DNA from: Catajapyx aquilonaris
Taxonomy: Eukaryota
Assembly: GCA_000934665.2 (NCBI GenBank)
Contig: JYFJ02002182.1
Location: 1-61,469, forward strand
Direction of reading: 5' to 3'
Length of the DNA stretch: 61,469 bases
Part shown: in pieces, positions 48,782 through 61,469 of the stretch
Position numbering within the stretch: the stretch's first letter is position 1
Layout of the letters: each line of letters starts with the position of its first letter
Program-made: the position numbers and the translations under genes
The notes under the pieces: generated by a model
Seen by the model: only the letters and a program-made list of their open reading frames with translations
Database searches by the model: none
Told to the model about the DNA's origin: nothing

Positions 48782-51700
48782 TTATTTTCTGGGCACCATC
48801 TTCAATCGCAATCCACCTTTCGGTCGAAGAATAAGTTCTCCAATAATTGATACGTTCTCAGGCTTGTCCAAGGATTCAATCTTCAAGTGACGCAGAACAT
48901 TGGCCACCATCACTTTCTCTTCGTTCATGGCAAACTTTTGACCTGTGAAATTAAACACATTTAAAAAAATGTACTTATGTATAATTTGTTTGTTTGCTGT
49001 TTGTCGCACCCAGCTGACTACTTAGAGTTAAATAACCCATACAGGACATATTGTCCAACATTTGCACTTTTGCACTTTGTACTCACCAATACAGTTTCGT
49101 GGTCCTGCCGAAAACGGAATGTATGCAAATGGATGTCGTCCAGACGCCTGGTCCTTCAGAAATCGTTCAGGTATGTATTTTTCGGGTTCAGGGAACATCC
49201 TTGGGTCCCTATGAACTTGGTAGGGCACGATGAAAGCAGAGGCTCCCGCAGGTATTTTGTATCCGCCTGACATTGTCAAATTAAATTAATTATACTTTAA
49301 TTAGTGGCTCTGACGTACTATGCATGTAGGTCACTCACAAATGTCAACATCTTCATGAAGGTCACGAGCAATGAAGGGCACGCTGGGATACAATCTCAAG
49401 GCTTCTTTGATGCAGATTTCCAGGTATTTCATCTTAGGAAGATCGTCGTTTTGTACAGGTCGGTCTGAGCCACCGAATATGTCTTCCAACTCTTCCAGTA
49501 CTTTTTTCTGAAGTTGCAAAACGCTCGTTATTCAAACAATTTTTATATATAAATAATTTAAACAAATACCTGTACATCCTGATGTAAGCCAAGAAGGTAC
49601 AGAGCCCAGCAGACTCCCATTGAAGTGGTATCATGTCCCTATATGGAAAAAAATTGCAATCATACTTCTAATTAGTTTAATCACTTATGAGTTATGACAT
49701 ATTCACATCCTTAATTTTCTTGTAGCGATTAGCCTTTTAAAATTAAGCAGCAATAATTACCTCAAACATGAACGTGTCGACTTCCTCTCTCAAATCCTCG
49801 TTTCCAAGAGGTTGTCCATCTTCAGTCCGAACCGAAAGCAAAAGGTCCAAAAATGCCAATCGCTTCTTCTTACCAACTGCAAACAAACGAAAACATGCAC
49901 ATCTTTAATAATTATGCAAAATTATAACAATGGTAATATTATTGAAACTGAGAAAATAATTGACATGCATATAGCCTACATTCATCAGTTCCAGCCTCCT
50001 TAGGCCCATACTTAGCCAGTTCACGCTTCTTCTCAGCAATTACCTGTAATCATCATCATCATCATCATGATAAATTCGATGTCATAAATAATAACTTACA
50101 GCGTTTGTGAATCCGTGCAGAGTTTTCAAGCACTTTTGATGCTCGTGGCCATAAGGAGTTAGATAGTTGTAAATCCAATCAGGATGAAACCAAGGACGAA
50201 TTTGTCTGTGCTGAATCAGTTGAGATACTCTGAAATTAAATAATTGCAATTAGCTACAAATTTTACAGTTTGCCTGCACACGTAACTTACCGATAGATTG
50301 CTCGCACATAGTCTGAATCTTTCTGAGATTGTGCCTGGATTTTCTTTCCCATTGCAGTTTCTAGTAATTAAAAATAAGGTTCATTATTATTTGATGCACA
50401 ATCATGATAATATGTACGTACACTGATACACTTGATTATCTTTATTTTTATTCATTAAGCGAGATAATAATTATTAATGCATTCTTGAGATAAGATCACA
50501 TCAAAGCGCTTACCACATATGATATCCAGAGCACATAGAGCTACAAGAGGCAATATGTCAACCCCATTCTTTCCCTGCTCCTTCAGTCGATTAACCATCA
50601 CCATACTTTGCTCATTAAAAACATCAGTAAAATCTTCCAAAATCTTGAAGTGAAACGAAGGCGTCAGAAGTCTTCTTCTTGCAAACCATTTGGATCCTGA
50701 AAGGTACGCGTTTTATCGCTCAAAAGTCACTTTTTTTAGATAAATGATATGCTACAATAAAAACAATTACGCAATGGCTTTATCCGCGTAGAATACTTGT
50801 ATGAAGGCCACTCAGTTGTATATGCAACTTATATCTCAACGACTCAAGGTCAACTTCCTTTACAACCTCTCTGTACTGTATACACTCCCCAAAATCATGA
50901 CAGGCAGACATTTTAATTTCACGTCAACTGTAATAAGTGAGGATGAATGTGCAGAATTGAAATTTTGTTGTGAAAAAAGCTGATGAAGGAGATAATCACA
51001 TAATTAATGCAGTACTTTACGCTTCCTTTATAACAACATTTTCCTCCATAAATTTGATGGCAATGTTATGACTCTACAATATTCACGTTTAGTAACACAT
51101 GCAATTTAGTAAATATATTGCAAAAAAATGCATATGGGAAATTATTTATGTGAGAAATATGATTAGTGAAGAAAACAGCACTGATCATATCGAATTTATT
51201 GAACTCTTCACATTTTTTGCAATAGTCCTAATAATTGCTTTAGTCTGCAAAATAAATTAAATCAGCAAATAAGTGGCTCCTTGATTGTTGTGTAACTTCA
51301 ATGCTACAATACTACGCCACTATAACGACATCACAATTTAATCACAACTCATTTGCATATTTACCTTTGCTCGTCAAGAGACCGGTTCCTAGCCAAGGCT
51401 CCAGGAATTTGTAATCGCCGCTTTTAGTCAGATGTTTATTGCTTGACATAATTGGCTGCAACATGTGCATATTTGTGTTAATTAACTCAGTCCTCATTCA
51501 TTCTAATTTAACCTTGCTTTGTACGAAGGGAAAGAAACGCATTAAATGCATTGTACAGACAATGGGAAAAAAATGTTTGCACGATTTAATCACATGAAAA
51601 TAATAAGCCAAGTTTCAGACCTCTCAGTAGTCAGAAAGTGGGTTAGGTATAACATGCAAACATACCGCGTATACAGATAAACTTTCGCATTTATACTGTA

Positions 51701-52163
51701 AATTGCGATTTTCCTTCCCGGCTCATTTTCCAACCTTTCACTGACATTGATTGATATTGTAATTAGACATAATTAGTACATAACTTACCTCCACAGTTTC
51801 GGCCTTGTAGAGCAACGCATAAAACGTGGGACCCAGCTGAATATACGAAATCCCTTCTTTCGGAACACAGAATTTCTTGACCACCAACTCGAATACATCT
51901 GTACTCGAAAAAACACAACATTTTAAACACCTATTTTTTTGCCAATTACTGTAAGTACACTCACCTTCAGCAGGCACATTCAGCTCCAAAGCATGTCCCA
52001 AAATGGGAAGACCTGGTCTTCCAGGCAATTTTGACAGCATCCTCCTCATCCTGATGTGGTCCATTATCCCCAAATAATGCACCACAACCGCAATCACAAT
52101 GGTCACAAAAATCACAAAAGTGACACCTACGTCACCAGACAACAAACTCGAAATCCAGCCCAT
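48782..52163 (-). CDS. CYP4: Cytochrome P450, CYP4 clan (~12 exons)
   Basis: N-terminal TM and PG..GLPILG. Motifs [48 protein letters not shown] and the heme motif [10 protein letters not shown]. Confidence 0.95.
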
Positions 52164-53822
52164 GTTTTTAGCCTAACAAGAGCCAGCTTATTCCGTGTGT
52201 GTACTGAAGGATAGCTGAGATCCGAATAGTGATATCCCTTTGGGTGATATTACACAATAGACTCGCCAAGTATTTTTTTTCCTTTTTCAAGGCACGTCAT
52301 GTGGCTACTAGTGATAAGTCAAACATGATGCATATAGCCTTTTAGGTGTTGTGTACAAAAAAAAACGAACTAGCAACTGGATTTTATTATGTAAACTTTT
52401 CCATCAAATTTTTTTTTATGCTGTTTGCTTGCACGAAATGTGGTGTGTAATCTATTTTTTATGTGGTTATGTGACGGTCAGACAATTTCCTGCTTTGACT
52501 CATATGGTTGGTTGAATAGTAGAAAATTTATAGTGCTGAAATTTCATGTAGTGTTATCAACTTACATCTTAGTTTCAGCCATATTGAATCGATTGAAGTA
52601 AATTATTTGGTGCAATCGATGACCTTGCAATGCGCAGTTGCTGGTTTTAAAATAAACATTTCCTGCAGCATAATGAAGTAGAATTTAGTTAGGCTACTAT
52701 ATGTTACATGTTACGTTTTTTTGAAGCAGAAAAATTATGACAAGGACTCTGACGTTAGGATTTGTGAATCATTTTAAGGTCATAGGAGCCACATGTATTC
52801 CTTTCACTCTTATATTCCACGGCTAACATGTGCGTGTTGGGCAGGAAAAGCTGTTTGCCCTTGATCATTGTAAGAAATTGTGTTTCCTTAGTATTATAGC
52901 AAAAAGGCCTCTGTAGTCTATGAATCAGGTAGTAAACGCCTAAAATAACAATATAAAGATAGCTACTAAAATACAATATTTTGTGTCCTGCACTGTGTTA
53001 TACTAATAATAGTATAGGTATGTATGAAACTAGTTTGATATATTGCACCGCAATAGCTATTGCCACAAAGGGCTATAAATTCTTTTGTCATTTCTTTTTC
53101 AACATCTTGAACTGTTCAGACTGGTTGTAAGCGGAAAATTAATTTTAACCCCATATTTTAACATGATGTCATAAGGAAACATACTGTACTTTTTTTTAAT
53201 TCACAAAAGAGGTGCTAAACAATAATTAGTAGAGGAAATTTTGATGGCTCATGACAAATTGCATTGCTCATTTCTTCCACTTTTATAGTTTTTGCTTGAT
53301 TCAACGCAATTAATAACAAACCTACTTACTGGGGCTATAAATATTTTTTGACATCTAATTACTATGGTACCGAGTACAGTCCTGCATTTAATCAGTGCCA
53401 ACACTTTGAGATTAAATGTGACTCATCATGGGAAGGAATGTTGCAACTAACATATGGAATAACTAAATACTCATCAGAAGAGTCATACACTGTATTGTAC
53501 TAATAGTCCAGACTTACTATGAGATGTTTCATCTTTGAAGATGTGAAATAGTGTCATTAAGTGGACACTGTAGCGTCTAGGGACAAACTGAAACAATGGT
53601 TTGGATAGGAGTTGCTCTTTTTATTTAGCAGCTCATACATGAATCAACTGAAGGCAACACTTATGCAGCAGTGTCTATCATTTTAGGCTTTTGCAATTAA
53701 CAGCCTACATATTGGCAATTAAGAGCCGTGCTATGAATGTACTTTTACATTAAAAGCAGCCATGCTAGTTATTGCCTTAAGAGCTCAGAAAGTCTGTTAG
53801 ATGCTTTGCCGTTAAATGCTGT

Positions 53823-55154
53823 TCATGGGAGTTCCACTACTGCCAAAAGACCATCGGCACCACCAACATAAAGCCTGGTGTCTGTACAGCACATAGCTTT
53901 GATGCAAAAACCAACATCAACACTGGTCCCATCTTCAGTCATGGTGTTCAGATTCCACTGCTTAACCCCCTTGTCCCATCCTCCGCTGAACAAATGGGTC
54001 GAGTTGCAACACATCGCATTGATGATCATATCGTGGGCCTGTACAAAATATTTCATAAACATGATTTTAATTTACTTGACATAGTGCATTTTACCTGAAA
54101 TTTCTTAATGCAGGGATATCCAGTGGAGACTTCATGTATGTGGATGGCCTTACCACATCTTGACGTGCAAATGATTTTGTTATCTACTAGACATAAAGGT
54201 GCTCTCCCTTCAAACGTTCCCTTTATGGCAAAGCGTAGAGAGTCACCTAATGTAGAGGACATTTTTATTAAATAGGCTCGAGCATGCTATGACAGTATGT
54301 TGTACAGTACTACCTGATGGGCTAAATTCAGTAACCACTATGTCCTTATCCCGTGCTGTGTAGAAGCAGTTATCTTTTACAATCAGGTCCCAAATTTCTT
54401 CCATAAGTGCGTACATATATTTGGTGATTCCTCCTTCCCACATACGCACCTGTTGCAATAGAAAATAATTATTATTTTACTAATCAATTTCACATGTATT
54501 GAACAAAATATTTTTAACTCCTACAAACTACAATGAAGCATACCGATACTGGTTGTGCAGTAAATTACTGGAACATTTAGAGACATTTTATCCCAAATAT
54601 AGCCTGTTACAGTATAAAAAATTTCCAGTAACTTAAGCTACATCTAGATAATATTTAATAATTTTGTCCGTACAAGTGTTACAATAATGTCATAATTATA
54701 TCCAATTGTCATGAGCATAAAATGTTGCATTTAAAATAATTATGTTTAATTAAGGAATAACCATGCAGGCCATTCAACCGAACAACATAGCAGCACTTAC
54801 TTCCCCGGTCTCATCTCCCGAGTAAAGTACACCGTTGGAAATCGAGATCCGATGCACAGCATCTCCGTGGCCTTCGAGAGTTCTTGAATATTCCCAGTTA
54901 TTCCCTTTGCACTGCTTCCATTCCTTAATTATTGAGTCGCTTCCAGCAGTGTAAAGAAGGTCGCCTGTAGCAGCCAGGTGATAGATTGGCCAGTCGTGAC
55001 CTTTGAAGTCGAACAGCAACTGTTGAAGTTCCAAGTCCCACACTTTGACCTTTCCATCGTCAGCTGTGCTGATCACATTTCCGTTGTGAACAATGACAGA
55101 TTCAACGTCATCTGTGTGGATTACTGGCTGTGGTGCAGTCGCAATGACTTTCAT
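53823..55154 (-). CDS. WD40-repeat protein (4 exons)
   Basis: Motifs STADDGKVKVWD, FKGHDWPI, TAGSDSIIKEW, LEGHGDAV and LFSGGWDKGVKQW. Exons at ~55154-54801, 54449-54314, 54246-54094 and 54038-53823. Confidence 0.85.
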
Positions 55155-56257
55155 GTCTGCTTCTCCTTAGCCTACTGGGCATGATGCCAGTTAAAAGCCA
55201 AAAATAGGTTTCGTATAAAAAGACAGATGAAAACCCACACTCATATTTTACTTCGGTTTTACAGTATTATATCGCATCTGACAACATTCATGCTGTTAGT
55301 AAACCTTTACATGCATCATAATATGCAGATCTAGAAAGCAGGATGAGCTGTAATTATATTTTTCTATTGCATTTCTCATATTCAATGTGATCTTCCCTTG
55401 TGATATCCACGGGATATTCAACTTCCAGTCTTCAAGTTATATAAATTCAGGCAATGCACATGCAACTGATGGAATTACAACTCACTCCTTATACACCATT
55501 AACTTCTTCAATTTGTACGGAGATGTCATTGTTACAATATTGCCCCACAATTAGCAGTATGGTGGTTTATATGGCAAGGTCAATCAGTCTAAAATAGGCT
55601 ATACTGGCATGCCAATGTCGGCCGAGCCATCAGGCGTTTACATATTCAATTCAGAAAATAATTACCAATATTCACGGCAAAGATAAAGAGTGAGGTTCGC
55701 GCATGTTCATACAAACACTACAGTTTCCGGAGTCCGACCCTATGGAGGCACAAATATGCACTATATCATAATATGTAGTCACTAAAATTCAGGCATAAAA
55801 TGGCAATGAGCTTCGGGTGAAAAGAACATGGGAAGCTTTCTGAGTTACACACAGCACAAAAAATCAACATTTCACCAAACATTTTTTTTTTTTACTGCTT
55901 ATAAACATGAATATTTACAGATATCAGTTAAGCTTGCAATAAAATTAGTGTTAATACTAAATCAGATGGTGTGTCGTGAAGAGGTCACCAGCAAAAATTG
56001 TGAAAATTGAAGAAATTAATTTCTGTCAATTGCACTAAAAATCAAGTGCACGGAAATCTTTCCGTTAGATATACAAAAGTATAAATTAATTTTTCCGGTC
56101 ACTCCCATTATTATCGTTGTTTTTTCCTCTCCTCTTCAGTTGAAATTTCTACAAACATCTTCTGAAAATGACCTCTACATACACCATGGCTTACCAACAA
56201 ACCCAACAAACATTGCACGTTAAAAGATTTGTACAAAAAACTCATGTCGCGGCTTTT

Positions 56258-59200
56258 TCACTCTCGATCATCTGGAACCAAAGTCCTGACGTTGCATCCC
56301 CCCAACTTTCGGAGATTCTTCAGCATATCTTCACTTGGCTTTCCTCCAGCTTCCTTCTCTCCTCCACCACCGTCATCTTCTCTCTCAGTGTCACTGGAAT
56401 ACTGAGCTCTCTGGCTGTTCATGTTGAGGCAATGGAGGTAGCTCATATCGCCAAAGGGTGACTTTGGATTAGACGCAGAGGCAAGAGGTGAGTCTGGAGC
56501 TGTCATCAATGCAGCGGATGAGTCAGGAGGAGTCGGTGGTCGCTTGCGTGGCCTCCCTCTGCGACGTTTACCTGGAGAAGCAGGAGGAGGAGCAGGGCGC
56601 TTCCGCTAATACAAAAAAGATTAGATCATTAGCAACTACTTTAACTAACAAGTGTAAAAAGTGAATGAGTTACTAAAAGAAAGTGTGCCAAGAATAGTCA
56701 TTTTTGTGCACTTTTCTTACGTTCTTACGTATTAAAATGTGTGGCTCACATGCTCTACTGGCGGACCTTCCTCCTCTTTTCTTTCTTCCTTGACTCTCTT
56801 GAGGTTCATCATTACCCTGGGCACCTCCACCATGGTAGGTCTCTCCCAGAGCAACCCCCGTGGAACCGAAAGGGGAGCAATGTGCTGCGGAAGGTGACAC
56901 GCATTCCTTCTCAGATGTTGCTTCAGTTTGTCCTGTCTTGCAAACTCTCTGGAGCATCCAGCGCATCTGAAAGGCTTCTCTCCAGTGTGGACACGGCGGT
57001 GGCGATGAAGGTGGGCTGAGCGGGAAAATGTGGCTGGACAAACCTCGCACTGGAAGGGTTTGTCGCCGCCTGAACTTCCGCTTCCTCCTCTATTAGTGCT
57101 GCTTGAGCCACCTCGAGGTGGACTGACGAGGTCACTATGGTGGCGGTAAGTGTGACGACGAAGAGACTTTTGGTAGCGGAACATCTTCTGGCAATACGGG
57201 CAGGGGATTGACGGTTGCGGAATAGGCGATTCCTTAACAAAATGAAGATATAATTTGCATTTAATCCTAATCAACAAAAGATTTGCACCAATAAGTGCCA
57301 TGCACTGGTTCCATATGTTGCAAAATTTCTAACTGCAGGTACCTGTACTTCTGCCATTAATGGTGACGTATCGACAGCATGATCTGCAAAGGTAACCTCT
57401 TGCTTCAGGGATGAAATTGCATTCAGGACACTGTTTTCGCAATTGTTGTGGTTGTCGTCATCGCTCACGTCCAGTTCTGTGTCGCTCTTGTTCTCTGGTC
57501 TCCCCTGTAAAAAATTATGGCACTGTTGCAATTTCTACAACTGGGGGGGGGAAAAAAAGCCCTTTTCAATGGTACATTTCGGTAAAAGAAATATCAATTT
57601 TGAACAAATTGATTAACATATCGTTTTTAAAAATTTCTGCGAATCAACAAGCACTAATCAGCTGTGACATTCTTAACATTATTGCTGCCTACAGATTTCT
57701 TCCTGTACATTTTGAACGTCATTCCCAGAGCAAAAACTTGATCAAAGTCAGTAAAAAAAGTGGAGGTTGGCCATGTTATGAGAGAGAAAAATATTGTTAA
57801 AAATATCCTTGCAGTATTCCCTTGATAATTTTTTAGACATGTGAAATTCAACATCCATGTTCTCACATCTAATGGTATGGGCATGCTCTGTACTTGAAAG
57901 CTGACCAAAACAATTAGTAAAAATACTTTCTGATTCATGTCCTGAAATGTAGTGTACTAAAGGAAAATTGCACAAGTTGGTTGGTTCAGTTTCAACCAAA
58001 TATCTCACATTAGTGCATGGACAATTTCACACCTTCTCACAGAAATGGAAGACATCTAAAAGTGGTGTAAATATTAACTTTGAGAAGATTTTTTTTTTTT
58101 TCAGACTACACTGTAGACTTTACTTTAAAAGTACGGTAATTAAACCGAACCTGAGACGTGTCTGGTGATCCCCTGGTCAGATTAAGAGCCAGTCCCTCAA
58201 GCGCAAGACTGGCGCTGTTGCCCCGGTGTTTCTCCTCCTCCTCCTCTCCATCCACCTGCATCGACGAATACAAAAAGGCCGAACGCCAGTCCGCAGCACA
58301 GTCTTCGGCCCCACGCTTGTTCTCTCCAGCGCAAGACGGCACATCCTCCAGGAGCCGCATCCCAGGCTGGTTGTCCTCAGGCAACTGCAGCTGCAACGGC
58401 CCTTTATTGCTCTCCTCGTTAGGAGCATCGCACCTCTTCGGCTCCACCTCCGACAACCCACGGATCTGATAAATGACGTATAAATTACATTAGGCTAAAA
58501 AGGCCCCCACTGCCACAACATTACCATTGTTGTTGTTGTTTTTGCTATTCAATATTATTTATAATTATTAGTTAATATTGATTAGCAGCTATTATTAGTT
58601 AATATTGATTAGCAGCTATTAATAGTTATTATTGATTAGTAGTTATTAATAGTTAAAATTGATTAGCAGTTATTAATAGTTATTATTGATTAGTAGTTAT
58701 TAATAGTTAATATTGATTAGTAGTTATTAGTGGTCATTATTCATTATTGCAATAATTCAGTAGTTATTTCAGTGGTTATTAGTATGTATTTATAAGTAAT
58801 TATTAGCTATTAGTTATTATTGCTGTATATTTATCATTTATTAGTAGTAGTACCATTAGCTCTTGGTAGTAGTTATTATTTATTTATATTTATCATTTAT
58901 TAGTACAGTAGTAATAGTTATTATTTATTTATATTTATCATTTATTAGTACAGTAGTAATAGTTATTATTTATTATTAGTTATTTATTAGTACAGTAGTA
59001 ATAGTTATTATTTATAAGTACGGTAGTAATAGTTATTATTTATTAGTACAGTAGTAATAGTTATTATTTATTAGTAGTTATTTATTAGTAGTAATCATTT
59101 ATCAGTAGTTATTATTAGCAGTTATTAGTTATTATTTATTAGTAATTATTAGCAGTAGTATTCTTGTTAATATTATTTATTATTTATTAGTTATTATTTA

Positions 59201-59793
59201 TTAGCAGTTAGTATTCTTGTTAATATTAGTTATTAGCAGTTAGTATTCTTGTTAATATTAGTTATTAGCAGTTAGTATTCTTGTTAATATTAGTTATTAG
59301 CAGTTAGTATTCTTGTTAATATTAGTTATTAGCAGTTAGTATTCTTGTTAATATTAGTTATTAGCAGTTAGTATTTATTGTTTAATATTAGTTATTAGCA
59401 TTTATTGTTAATATCAGTTATTAGTTATTATTATTTGTTGCTTTTGATGTTGTCCCATACCTGCAAATCTGAGGCAGCCTGCAGTACCTGTTCCATCTCG
59501 TCTTCCCCGACGTTGACCTCCCCGTGATACATGTAGTGCAGCAGCAGTGCCAGTTGCCTCCTGGTCACGTCTTTCAAGATGATGGTGGGGTGGTCCGAGG
59601 GCAGCACGGACTGAAGCACCGAGGCAAAGTAGGGAGAGGCGGCCGCCAGGACGGTCCTGTGAGCCCTCAGCAGGCCATCGGGACAAGCCATGGTGACGTC
59701 CACCAGCTCCTGCCGCATGTACAGAGACTGCAGGGCCGAACGGAGGATCCAGGCGTGCTCACCCCAACAGAGCTGGTACGACGGAAGAGCCAT
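56258..59793 (-). CDS. Tramtrack/broad-type BTB + C2H2 zinc finger + AT-hook transcription factor (~5 exons)
   Basis: BTB exon [14 protein letters not shown]...[30 protein letters not shown]. Fingers CPYC, CEVC..HTGEKPF and CAGC. AT-hook RRRGRPRK at ~56545-56568. Confidence 0.88.
58550..59435. repeat. AT-rich intronic minisatellite / low-complexity tract
   Basis: 32-bp TATTAGTTATTAGCAGTTAGTATTCTTGTTAA units plus TATTAG-type repeats. Confidence 0.9.
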
Positions 59794-60949
59794 GTTGTCC
59801 AAACCTGCAACATGTGATAAACAGTACACTGATGAGTGACCAAACCTGCAGCATGGTAAGTACACTCAACGGCGGGTGACATTTACGTGCTATGTGATTA
59901 GTGCCGCAATGAGACACAACGGCAGTGACAACTTATCCTTGTGCAGCCTCACCAGCAGCCCTTTCTTGTGGTTGAGCCCCACTGGAACACTGGCAAAGCA
60001 ATCCTGGTCTTTTTTGCTGGTTCTCAGGGCCACACTTCTAGATAGAGGAAGCTTGCAAGGCCTATTTTTGGGAAGGGAACCATGTTTGAAGCTGGATGGA
60101 TGTAGGGTGGATGGGGGCGGCCATGTTGGAGGTCGAGACGGAGATGGCCAATGAGAGAGCGGCTTTCCTGTCATGTGGCGGTTTGTGGCGTAACATGGCG
60201 GAACCCATTTCGGACGATTGCGATAGAACATGTCGATACTATGCCGAGTACAAACAGCGGCGGGAACACGTTTGTTTGTTATTTCAACATAACACGTTGA
60301 GAAAAGCATTTCGTTTCGTTCAGAAGAAAGAACCGAAATCTTATCTTGAATCATACCCACTCCGGATCAACCACCACGATAACTGAGGGCGATAAGAGGG
60401 CTTATGATAATAATCCGAAGTACTTTGCGTCAAATGCATGGCATGTGACACCTGTGGGTGACACCATGTCCCTTGTTCTTATCGCACTCAGTTATCGCTT
60501 TGGGCTATCAGGAATGGGTGGGATTCATAGCATTTCATCCGCCAAAAATATTCAAATAAATATTTGGACAAATTGGGAATTTCTCAAAAGGAAATACGTG
60601 TAAATGGTCGGAATCCAATATTTTTCTAGAGGTAAACTCCTGAGTGATTTCGTATAATAAGTCTACTGAATAACGACATATGAAAACAAATGAACCGGCA
60701 CTAATTTTGCCGTTTGTTTTGCAATTAACCACAGACTATCGAAGGGTAATGTGATTTATTCCGTTTACAAGTATAGTAATGGTTCTGCTTGTCTGACCAA
60801 TTTCATAGTAATTTTTAACAACAAACATATCTACCGTACTGTACAAAATACAAATATACTTCACAGATGAAGACATGTATTAATGGCATGAATGAACAGT
60901 GCAAATGACCCATACAGAAGAAAATTATTAATCAATAGTCTCAGACCCG

Positions 60950-61216
60950 CTAATATGAAGACCTCGGGGGAATAAGGAGCAAGGTCCACTTTTTGTCAAA
61001 ATGGAGTTACTTATCTCAGAAGATACTTTTCACTAGCATAGTATATGATGGTTACTGGTTAGGTCGTGGTTGTTGCGTAATGATCATAGGTCACTATGGA
61101 AAGCCCCCGAGAGTGGGGATTTGCAATTGAACCTTATGGGCCTTCGAAATTTAAAATTGGAAGACCTGAGGTGGACCATGGTCGTTCTTCCCCCCGAGGT
61201 CTTCATTTGTTACCGT
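60950..61216. mobile_element. MITE with imperfect TIRs
   Basis: ATGAAGACCTCGGGGG..GGTCCAC pairs with GTGGACC..CCCCCGAGGTCTTCAT. Right end TTGTTACCGTA. Confidence 0.65.
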
Positions 61217-61469
61217 AATTTATAAAAAAAACAGCCAATAGTTAACATTTTCTAAATCTGATTCTGTATACCTTATATTGTACTGTTGGTTTTTATTAAA
61301 TAGTATCAATTTAAACTATTAAAAATTTCGTAAATATAAAATCACCTCTCGTTCTTCCAACCCCACCATCATCTCCCTCCCTCCCTATAGTTCTCCCCCC
61401 AACTGTTTCTTTACATTTTGTCCTTCGAAATTTCTCTCATATGACGGAACATGAAGTCCGGAGGGTGAG

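Noticed and set aside
59876..60603. ORFs upstream of the BTB exon
   Set aside because: No recognisable homology; more likely the 5'UTR or promoter region.

Overview
Eukaryotic, intron-containing arthropod DNA. A non-dipteran hexapod or other pancrustacean is inferred from the hexamerin, CYP4 and ttk-type BTB-ZF genes. The first ~27 kb is gene-sparse and holds a tRNA-Glu(CTC), a 5-exon BMP3/GDF10-like TGF-beta ligand, a defensin with a mucin-like tail, a 1.2-kb foldback transposon, and a giant ~1455-aa hexamerin with a triplicated helical-repeat insert. From ~27 kb there is a dense cluster. It starts with a GTF2H5(TFB5)-ZNHIT1 apparent bicistron whose intron holds the whole MND1 gene antisense. 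It continues with HADH, STPG2-like, DNTTIP2/Fcf2, ODR4, mRpL9, a C2H2 gene, a paralogue that appears spliced to transposase-type HTH exons, CYP4, a WD40 gene and a BTB-ZF-AT-hook gene. Many MITEs, one SINE and several minisatellites are present. Exon models were built by hand from GT-AG sites and frame continuity; no database searches were run.
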